Source: Vicinamibacterales bacterium (GTDB taxonomy: Bacteria; Acidobacteriota; Vicinamibacteria; Vicinamibacterales; CAVVIG01). Taken from it: 64,000 bases of DNA. Every line of letters begins with the position of its first letter. Within the stretch, counting starts at the first letter, position 1. Below, piece after piece: positions 28,194 to 35,381 of this stretch. The stretch covers positions 28,161 through 92,160 of the forward strand of contig DATLLJ010000043.1 of NCBI GenBank assembly GCA_035537875.1, read 5' to 3'. The notes beneath the pieces are model-generated. The model was not told where the DNA came from and ran no database searches. It saw only the letters and a program-made list of their open reading frames with translations. Made by a program: the position numbers and the translations under genes.

Positions 28194-28615
28194 CCGCCAA
28201 GGGTGAGCGCCCGCGCGTGCTCGTCGTGGATGACTATCCGGACGCGCGGGAAATGTACGCAGAGTACCTGCAGTACTCAGGGTTCGATGTGATCGAAGCA
28301 GGCAACGGCATCGAAGCCCTGGAGCGTGCGGCAGACAGCGCGCCGGACATCATTCTCATGGACCTGTCGCTGCCGGTCATGGACGGCTGGGAGGCCACCC
28401 GGCGGCTCAAGGCCGACAAGACGACGGCCCGCATCCCCATCGTGGCGTTGACCGGACATGCCCTGGCGGGCATCCACGAAGGGGCGAAGAATGCCGGCTG
28501 CGATGCGTTCGTCACCAAACCCTGCCTCCCTGAGGATCTCGTGAAAGAAATCCGGAAGGTGCTGGGTACGACCGCGACGGCCAAGAAGCCTCGGAGGAGT
28601 GGCAAGTATGCGTAA
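28190..28615 (+). CDS. stand-alone receiver-domain response regulator (CheY-like, no output domain)
   Basis: VLVVDDYPD...IILMDLSLPVMDG...ALTGHA...KP. ATGA overlap with the kinase stop. Confidence 0.85.
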   Translation: MTAKGERPRVLVVDDYPDAREMYAEYLQYSGFDVIEAGNGIEALERAADSAPDIILMDLSLPVMDGWEATRRLKADKTTARIPIVALTGHALAGIHEGAKNAGCDAFVTKPCLPEDLVKEIRKVLGTTATAKKPRRSGKYA

Positions 28616-29585
28616 ACCGGCGGCTAAGGGCCGTAAGGCCCCTCCTTCGCGTCGCGCGGTCTCGGCGGCGCGCTCGGCGCCCGCCAGGGCGATCCCCAAG
28701 GGACGCATGAGGAAGCCAGCGCCTCGCCGGCGCTCCGAGCCGGCACCGATGGACTCGGCCACGAATGGCGAGCGAGCCGTGAGCGAGAGAGTCGTGCGCG
28801 GCGGCCGCGCGGCTGTCGCCCAGCCGTCGCGGGCAGCAAGTCGCGGCAAATACGTGTACTGCATCATCGAGGCCACCGAATCCCTGCGTTTCGGTCCGGT
28901 CGGCATCGGGACCGAACCCTCGGACGTCTACACCGTGCACTACAAGAATCTCGGTGCCGTCGTCTCGGATGCGCCGCTCGAGGTGCTCGATTCGACCCGC
29001 GAGAACGTCCTGGCGCACGAACGCGTCAACGAGACCGTCATGCGAGAGCACACCGTTATCCCGATGTCATTTGGAACGGTGTTCAAGACGCGGGAAGACA
29101 TCGTGGAGCTGCTGCGCTCGGCCGCCGACGCGTTCGGCGACGTCTTGAACAAGATGCAGAACAAGCTCGAGTTCGGCCTGAAGGTCTTGTGGGATCGCGA
29201 CCAGGCGGTCAGGGAGGTCGAGTCCGAAGATGACGACATCAGTCGGCTCAAGCACGAGATCTCGAGCCAGAAGGGGCCAACCTACTTCGCTCGCATGCAG
29301 TACGGCCGGCTGGTGGACGCCGCGCTGCACGCGCGATCCGAGCGGTACGTCGCGGCCGTGCTGGGGGAGCTTCGCGAGGTGTCGGTCGCTTCGCGCATCA
29401 ACAAGCCCATCGGCGACAAGATGATTCTGAACGCCGCCTTCCTCATCTCGCGCGACCAGGAGCATGCCTTCGATGCCAAGGTGAAGTCGATCGCGAGCCA
29501 CTTCGACAAATTGACGTTCAAATACACGGGCCCGTGGCCGCCCTATAACTTCGTGAATATCCGGCTGAAACTGGAAAGAGCCTGA
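28599..29585 (+). CDS. gas vesicle protein GvpF/GvpL family
   Basis: GKYVYCIIE...VVSD...AHERV...TVIPMSFGTVF...YTGPWPPYNF. The N-terminal ~80 aa are Arg/Ala/Pro-rich, so the true start may be internal (e.g. ATG 28749). Confidence 0.85.
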   Translation: MASMRKPAAKGRKAPPSRRAVSAARSAPARAIPKGRMRKPAPRRRSEPAPMDSATNGERAVSERVVRGGRAAVAQPSRAASRGKYVYCIIEATESLRFGPVGIGTEPSDVYTVHYKNLGAVVSDAPLEVLDSTRENVLAHERVNETVMREHTVIPMSFGTVFKTREDIVELLRSAADAFGDVLNKMQNKLEFGLKVLWDRDQAVREVESEDDDISRLKHEISSQKGPTYFARMQYGRLVDAALHARSERYVAAVLGELREVSVASRINKPIGDKMILNAAFLISRDQEHAFDAKVKSIASHFDKLTFKYTGPWPPYNFVNIRLKLERA

Positions 29586-29597
29586 GGCGCATTTCCG

Positions 29598-29894
29598 ATG
29601 TTCATCCTGGATTCGCTCCTCGTCGGCGGCCTCCGCTTCGTGTTGGAGAAGATCGCCTCCGCCGCTGATGCCGAGGCTTCCGACGATACGTCGTTGCGGG
29701 ACCGCCTCCTCGAAGCGCAGATGCAGCTCGAACTCGGGGATATCTCCGACGAGGAGTTTGCCTCCATCGAGCGCGACCTGCTGGCGCGCATCCGGCAGAT
29801 CAAGGGCACCCGTCCCGACGCCATCACGATGACCGACACGCACCGGGTCACCGGCGTCGATGTGGAGAGTTACGACGAAAAGGTAGACGGTTAG
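29598..29894 (+). CDS. gvpG: gas vesicle protein GvpG
   Basis: MFILDSLLVGGLRFVLEKI...LELGDISDEEFASIERDLLARI is a typical GvpG pattern. Confidence 0.8.
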   Translation: MFILDSLLVGGLRFVLEKIASAADAEASDDTSLRDRLLEAQMQLELGDISDEEFASIERDLLARIRQIKGTRPDAITMTDTHRVTGVDVESYDEKVDG

Positions 29895-29899
29895 AGAGT

Positions 29900-31882
29900 T
29901 TGCCCGCGTTCACCTTCTTCGCCGGAAAGGGTGGCGTGGGCAAGACCACCTGCGCCGCCGCCGCCGCCGTTGCAGCCGCCGCTGCCGGGGCACGCGTGCT
30001 CGCCCTGTCAACCGATCCCGCCCACTCCCTCGGGGATGTCCTGGCCGTTCCTCTCTCGCATCGACCGAAACGTCTGCGGTCGCGCGCGCTCAAGGCAGCA
30101 GCGCCAGGATCGCTGGACGCCGCGGAGATCGATGGGCCCCGCGCATTTTCACGATGGCTGGCCCTCCACCGACGGGCTCTGGGCGACATCATCGAGGAGG
30201 GGACGTGGCTCGACCGCTCCGATATCGACGCGCTTCTCAGCCTCTCGGTCCCGGGCATCGACGAGCTCGTCGGGCTCATTGAAATCGTCCGCCTGGCGCG
30301 GCCCGACTACGATCGCGTCGTCGTCGATACGGCTCCTACAGGTCACACGCTCCGGCTCCTCGATGCGCCAAGCACCGTCACCGCCGTTGCGCGCGTCCTC
30401 GACGAGTTGTACGAGGAGCACCGGATGGTTCGCGATCAGCTGGCTCGAGTCGCGCGGCCGGAAGCGGCCGACCGTCTGATCGAGCTGCTGGTGCGGGAGG
30501 CAGGTGAGGCGGGCGCACTGCTGCGCGACCCGACCAGGGTGCGCGTCCGTTGGATTACGTTGCCCGAAGAGATGTCGCTCGCCGAGTCCCGGGACGGGAT
30601 CGGCACGCTCGACCGTATGGGACTCCGGGTCGACGCCGTGGTCGTCAACGCGGTGATTCCCGCGGGAGCGCCGTGCCCGGTCTGCGATCGCCGTCGGCAG
30701 AGCGAGCAGCGTGTGATCCACCGGATCAGGAAAGCCCTGGGTCAGGATCGTTCGCTGCTAATCGTCCCGGAACAGCTGCAGGAGCCTCGCGGTGTCGCCG
30801 CGCTCCGTCCTGTCGGGCGGCGGCTCGAAGCGTCGCCGGTGGAGAGGCGGCTGAGCAGACCGCTGCGGAGGGATCTGAGGGGCGTCGCATTCAGCGCCCC
30901 GGCCCACGTTGGGGTGACGGCGTCCGAGCTCCCGTCTGCGCTTCGCGATCTCATGTTGCTGTTTGTTGGCGGCAAAGGGGGTGTGGGGAAGACGACGATC
31001 GCTGCCACCCTGGCGCTGACCCTGGGGCGATCGGACTCGAGGCGGACCCTGCTGCTGTCGACCGATCCCGCGCATTCACTCGGTGACATTCTCGGGCAGC
31101 CGGTCGGTGACGGATTCGTCCGCATACCGGGTGGGCCACGGAATCTCTGCGCGCGCGAGGTGGATGCTGCAGCGGCGCTCAGGATGTGGCGGACGCGGCT
31201 GGAGGGTGCGCTCGAAGAAATCATCGCGGCGTCTGGGGTCACTTCGGGTCTGACGAGCGATGGCCGCGGTGCGGCTGAGCTGATGGACCTGGCGCCGCCC
31301 GGGATGGACGAGCTTTTCGGCCTGCTGTCTGTAATCGAGTCGCGGGAACGATTCTCCCGAGTTGTCGTGGACATGGCACCGACCGGACACGCGCTCCGGC
31401 TCCTGCAGACGCCGGACGCCGCTCTGGCGTGGGTTCGGCTACTGCTGCACGTGCTCCTCAAGTATCGGTCGGTCGTTCGGCCCGGGAAGATGGGATCGGA
31501 GCTCGTCGAGCTCTCGCGCTCCATTCGTGCGTTGCAGCGAGACCTTCTCGATGCTCGAAGGACCGGTTTCGTTGTGGTCACGCGGGCAGCAGAAGTGCCC
31601 AGGCTGGAAGCTGTTCGTCTCCTCGAGCGATTGCGTCGTTCGCGGTTGTCTGTCCGTGCAGTCGTGGTGAACGCCTTGACGCTTGCGCCAGGACGCTGTT
31701 CGAGATGCCGTGCTGTGTCCATCGCGGAAAGACGTCAAGTGGCGCGGTTGCAGCGGATCCGGCGTCAGAGACCGCGCTGCGCTATCATCCAGACCCCGCT
31801 CACTGCCCCTCCGGTGCGAGGATTCGTGGCGCTGGAACGTTGGGCGAAGGCGTGGAACCCGGGGCCACGACAGATTCGGTAG
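29900..31882 (+). CDS. tandem (two-halves) ArsA/Get3-family P-loop ATPase
   Basis: Two deviant Walker A loops GKGGVGKTT (N-half FAGKGGVGKTTCAAA, C-half VGGKGGVGKTTIAAT). Two ArsA-type signature loops: VVVDTAPTGHTLRLL and VVVDMAPTGHALRLL. One CxxC per half (CPVC, CSRC). TTG start. Confidence 0.85.
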   Translation: MPAFTFFAGKGGVGKTTCAAAAAVAAAAAGARVLALSTDPAHSLGDVLAVPLSHRPKRLRSRALKAAAPGSLDAAEIDGPRAFSRWLALHRRALGDIIEEGTWLDRSDIDALLSLSVPGIDELVGLIEIVRLARPDYDRVVVDTAPTGHTLRLLDAPSTVTAVARVLDELYEEHRMVRDQLARVARPEAADRLIELLVREAGEAGALLRDPTRVRVRWITLPEEMSLAESRDGIGTLDRMGLRVDAVVVNAVIPAGAPCPVCDRRRQSEQRVIHRIRKALGQDRSLLIVPEQLQEPRGVAALRPVGRRLEASPVERRLSRPLRRDLRGVAFSAPAHVGVTASELPSALRDLMLLFVGGKGGVGKTTIAATLALTLGRSDSRRTLLLSTDPAHSLGDILGQPVGDGFVRIPGGPRNLCAREVDAAAALRMWRTRLEGALEEIIAASGVTSGLTSDGRGAAELMDLAPPGMDELFGLLSVIESRERFSRVVVDMAPTGHALRLLQTPDAALAWVRLLLHVLLKYRSVVRPGKMGSELVELSRSIRALQRDLLDARRTGFVVVTRAAEVPRLEAVRLLERLRRSRLSVRAVVVNALTLAPGRCSRCRAVSIAERRQVARLQRIRRQRPRCAIIQTPLTAPPVRGFVALERWAKAWNPGPRQIR

Positions 31883-31910
31883 GGCAGTTCAACTGCCAGG
31901 ATGCACAACC

Positions 31911-32702
31911 ATGGCGACTGCCGGAACCTACGTGTACTGCGTGATTCGCGCCGGACGCCCGCCTCGGATTCGTCGTCGGTTTCCACGCCTGCCAGGGATG
32001 GGTCCCGTGCGGCTGCTGCCGCTGGACCCGCACTTGTGGCTCGTGGTGGCGGACGCTCCGTTGGATCAATACGGCGAGCGGCGCATCAACAAGAAGCTGT
32101 CGGATCTCGAATGGGTGTCTCGCGCAGCCATCGCGCACGAGGCAGTGGTCGAGGCGCTCGTCCGCCATCAGGCGCTGCTTCCGATGAAACTGCTGACGAT
32201 TTTCAACAGCGACGCCCGCGCGGTCGAGCAGGTGCTCAAAAGCCGACGGCGCGTTGACGCGTTGTTGAGACGAGTCGCTGGCCACCTCGAGTGGGGCGTC
32301 CGCATTACGTCGAAGGCGCCGTTGTCGAACGAGATGCGGCCGGCTGGCAACCGAGCTTGGGCAAAGACGACGGCCGAAGCTCGAGGGGCGGGCGCCCGCT
32401 ATCTGAGCCTGAAGAAGGCGCAGCGCGAGGCTGAGACCGAGCGAGCCCGTCACGGGAGCCGAACCCTGAAGGACGTGTACGATCGCTTGAGTCGTCAGTC
32501 GACGCTCGCCAAGCGCCGATCGTCCTCCGAGCTGCCGCTGCGGGATGGTCCCTTGCTGCTCGACGCGGCCTTCTTGGTGCCAAGATCACGCATGCGTCAG
32601 TTCCGATCCGCCGTCATTCGGGAGCGGATGCGGCTCGGCCGCGTCGGATATCAGCTGGTGCTGACGGGCCCGTGGCCCCCTTACACGTTTGTGAAAGACT
32701 GA
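31911..32702 (+). CDS. gas vesicle protein GvpF/GvpL family (second copy)
   Basis: MATAGTYVYCVIR...VVADAP...AHEAVVEAL...LLPMKLLTIF...LTGPWPPYTF. Start trimmed to ATG 31911. Confidence 0.8.
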   Translation: MATAGTYVYCVIRAGRPPRIRRRFPRLPGMGPVRLLPLDPHLWLVVADAPLDQYGERRINKKLSDLEWVSRAAIAHEAVVEALVRHQALLPMKLLTIFNSDARAVEQVLKSRRRVDALLRRVAGHLEWGVRITSKAPLSNEMRPAGNRAWAKTTAEARGAGARYLSLKKAQREAETERARHGSRTLKDVYDRLSRQSTLAKRRSSSELPLRDGPLLLDAAFLVPRSRMRQFRSAVIRERMRLGRVGYQLVLTGPWPPYTFVKD

Positions 32703-32706
32703 CGCG

Positions 32707-32976
32707 ATGCCCCGAAACGATCGCGTCCGCATGCGTCGCACTCCACCGCTCGTCCAGCGCGTGCTCCAGCCGCCGGATACCTCCCTTCTGGACGTGCTCG
32801 ACCATCTGCTCGACAAGGGGGTCGTGGCCGACGGCGAAGTGACGCTGGGCGTCGCGGGCGTGGATCTGATCTACCTCAGGCTGGCAGCGATCCTCTGTGC
32901 GGCCGACCGGGTGCTGCCTTCCAGCTCGCGCCAGAACCCGAAGAGGGCGCGACGACGGCGACGGCGCCGATCATGA
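32707..32976 (+). CDS. gas vesicle protein, GvpA family (GvpJ/M/S-like) with poly-Arg tail
   Basis: LLDVLDHLLDKGVVADGEVTLGVAGVDLIYLRLAAILCAADRV. The C-terminus is KRARRRRRRRS. Confidence 0.7.
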   Translation: MPRNDRVRMRRTPPLVQRVLQPPDTSLLDVLDHLLDKGVVADGEVTLGVAGVDLIYLRLAAILCAADRVLPSSSRQNPKRARRRRRRRS

Positions 32977-33377
32977 AACGATCTCCTCATCGGGCTCGGC
33001 GTTCGAAGCCTCCAAAGACTGCGAGTCCAAAACGGTCGCGCAAAGCCGTTTCGGCTGCGCCAGTCACGGCCGCCGAACTGCGCGCCCTCCGGCGCGAGCT
33101 CGAGCGACGGGCGACGGCACGGTGGAATCCTGAGGTCGAAGACGTCGAGCGTTCGGTCGCGCAGCTGGTGCTCACCATCGTCGAATTTCTGCGAAAGTTG
33201 ATGGAACGGCAGGCGATCCGCCGCATGGAGCAGCACACGCTGACACGGAAGGAAGTGGAGGCCGTCGGCGTCGCGCTGATGCGCCTGGAAGAAACGGTCA
33301 AGGAGATCGGGGCCAGGTTCGGTCTTTCCCCGGAAGACCTCAATCTGGACCTGGGGCCGCTCGGCCGGCTGACATAG
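32973..33377 (+). CDS. gvpK: gas vesicle protein GvpK
   Basis: VAQLVLTIVEFLRKLMERQAIRRME...EAVGVALMRLEETV is a GvpK-like core. ATGA overlap with the preceding gene. Confidence 0.8.
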   Translation: MKRSPHRARRSKPPKTASPKRSRKAVSAAPVTAAELRALRRELERRATARWNPEVEDVERSVAQLVLTIVEFLRKLMERQAIRRMEQHTLTRKEVEAVGVALMRLEETVKEIGARFGLSPEDLNLDLGPLGRLT

Positions 33378-33384
33378 CAGGGCG

Positions 33385-34071
33385 CTACTGATTCGGTGTG
33401 CCGTCGACTTCGACGAGCAGTTTCGAGGCGGCCCGAGCACCGATCGTAATCGTCCGCCGGTCTTTCCCACGCAGCAGCACCGAATCGGCCGCCGTATCTC
33501 GTGCCTCCACTTCGACCGATTGCCCCGGTTTCAATTCGTTCTTCTCGATGAAGTAAAGGAAGGCAGGATCCTGATCGGCGATGCGGGCCACGATCAGCGG
33601 TGTGTGGAGCGGACAGGTCAGCAGCGTGTCCAAGTGTTTGGTCGCAATCGCTCCTTCTGGGTTTGGTATCGGATCGCCGTGCGGATCGTGGGTCGGTCGT
33701 CCGAGCATGGCGTCGATGCGGTCGATGAGGCGCTCTGAAACGACGTGCTCGAGTTGCTCGGCCTCGTCGTGGACCTCGGCCCAACTCATGCCCATGACCT
33801 GCACGAGAAACAGCTCGACGAGTCGATGACGCCGGAGGACCAGTCCGGCAAGCCTTTCACCCGCGGCGGTGAGACGGACCCCGCTGTAGGGCTCGTACTC
33901 GGCGAGTCCCGATTCGGCCAGCGCCTTCACCATGGTCGTTGCTGTCCCGGGTGTCACGCCCAGCGCCGAGGCGACACTCCCCATAGGCACCAGCCGCACG
34001 GTCCCGGTTAATGCGGACTGGCCCTGATAGATCGCTTTGAGGTAGTTCTCGACCGTGCTCGACGGGAGCAT
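33385..34071 (-). CDS. DtxR/MntR-family metal-dependent transcriptional regulator with C-terminal FeoA/SH3-like domain
   Basis: ENYLKAIY...ALGVTPGTATTMVKAL...RHRLVELFL...HDEAEQLEH...DPHGDPIP. Confidence 0.85.
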   Translation of the reverse strand: MLPSSTVENYLKAIYQGQSALTGTVRLVPMGSVASALGVTPGTATTMVKALAESGLAEYEPYSGVRLTAAGERLAGLVLRRHRLVELFLVQVMGMSWAEVHDEAEQLEHVVSERLIDRIDAMLGRPTHDPHGDPIPNPEGAIATKHLDTLLTCPLHTPLIVARIADQDPAFLYFIEKNELKPGQSVEVEARDTAADSVLLRGKDRRTITIGARAASKLLVEVDGTPNQ

Positions 34072-34082
34072 GTGCGGATATT

Positions 34083-34862
34083 ATGCATCCGGTTCTGCGG
34101 CTGTCCGGGCGATCGGGGCATCTCGTGTCGTTGAACGACCAAATCGCGACCCCAGAAGGCAAGAGCCGGTTCGTCCGATCGTTGTTTGCGACGATCGCCG
34201 ATCGATATGACCTCATCACGGTGGTGTTGTCGTACGGACAGGATCGCCGATGGAAGAAGCGGCTCGTCGCCCTGGCGCCTCCGCTCGTCGGGTGTCGCGC
34301 CCTCGACTTGGCGACGGGCACCGGCGATATTGCGTTCTCGCTGGCCTCCTCCGGCGCGCGCGTGGTTGGCCTCGATATCACGCCGCGGATGATCGAGCTG
34401 GCAGCAAGAAAAGCGGCGACCCAGGCTCCCTGCGGATTTGTCGTGGGGGACATGCTGGCCTTGCCGTTTCCCGACCGGGCGTTCGATCTGGTGACGACCG
34501 GGTACGGATTGCGAAACGTGCCGAATCTTGGCGTCGCGATCGACGAGATCGCGAGGGTTCTTGCACCCGGGGGCGTCGCCTTGTCGCTTGATTTCAACAA
34601 GCCCGCCAACCGGTTCGTCTGCGGAGTGTACCTTCTGTACTTGACGATCGTCGGGGCGCTGCTCGGCTGGATGCTCCATGGCGATTCCGACACCTACCGG
34701 TATATTCCGGCCTCCATTCGGAGATACCCTGGGGCGGAGGCGGTCGCGCGGACGCTGGCTGCGCGGGGTTTCCGAGACGTACGCTCGGTGCCCGTGCTGG
34801 GCGGGCTCATGGCGATCCACTATGCTCGGCGTGCACCTTCCAGAACAGACTGCCGCGTCTAG
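34083..34862 (+). CDS. ubiE: demethylmenaquinone/ubiquinone C-methyltransferase
   Basis: FATIADRYDLITVVLSYGQDRRWKK, SAM motif ALDLATGTGDIA, and TTGYGLRNV. Confidence 0.8.
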   Translation: MHPVLRLSGRSGHLVSLNDQIATPEGKSRFVRSLFATIADRYDLITVVLSYGQDRRWKKRLVALAPPLVGCRALDLATGTGDIAFSLASSGARVVGLDITPRMIELAARKAATQAPCGFVVGDMLALPFPDRAFDLVTTGYGLRNVPNLGVAIDEIARVLAPGGVALSLDFNKPANRFVCGVYLLYLTIVGALLGWMLHGDSDTYRYIPASIRRYPGAEAVARTLAARGFRDVRSVPVLGGLMAIHYARRAPSRTDCRV

Positions 34863-34879
34863 GCTCGGTTCAGCAGATC

Positions 34880-35308
34880 ATGGAGCTTGATACATCGAAA
34901 TGGTCGGGGGAGGGCGAGTTCACGACGGTGCTCATCGAGCGCCTTCGGGGTGTGGAGTCGATCGTGTTCCTGCGCGTAGAAGACGCGCCGGCCACGCGCA
35001 GCGACGCCGACTTCAATTTCATCAGCAACGAGCTCTTTGTCGCGTTCAAGACCCGTGTTCGTCGTGAGCGGATCCGCCGGTTCGGATTCCTGCCTCTGTC
35101 ACGCGAGGTCGAAGAAAAGGACATGACCGTCCCCGGCCTCGAACAGGTGCTTGCCGACCTCCCTGATGTCGGCGCGCCCGACTACTCGGACGGAGGGATG
35201 CTGCAGTATCTTCGGGCTGAGCGGATTGTGCCGCCGTATCAGACTCGAGGCTACAAGCTGGTCGAGCTCGTGCGGATCTACGAAGTGGGTGCCGACCGTC
35301 GTTCCTAA
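34880..35308 (+). CDS. hypothetical protein
   Basis: 142-aa ORF with a coding-like composition. No family recognised. Confidence 0.4.
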   Translation: MELDTSKWSGEGEFTTVLIERLRGVESIVFLRVEDAPATRSDADFNFISNELFVAFKTRVRRERIRRFGFLPLSREVEEKDMTVPGLEQVLADLPDVGAPDYSDGGMLQYLRAERIVPPYQTRGYKLVELVRIYEVGADRRS

Positions 35309-35381
35309 TGCCCAGGAAAGCTCATGCCGACACTCCTGTCGTCACCACTGCGCACACAGCTGTGCCGGCACGTGCAACTGA

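Noticed and set aside
29900-31882. Annotating the tandem ATPase as the arsenite-pump subunit ArsA of an ars operon.
   Set aside because: No arsR/arsD/arsB/ACR3/arsC genes are in the window. The gene is embedded between gvpG and gvpF/L with spacers of 5 nt and about 30 nt, and it carries Get3-like CxxC motifs. Family membership is kept, but the arsenic-resistance role is not assumed.
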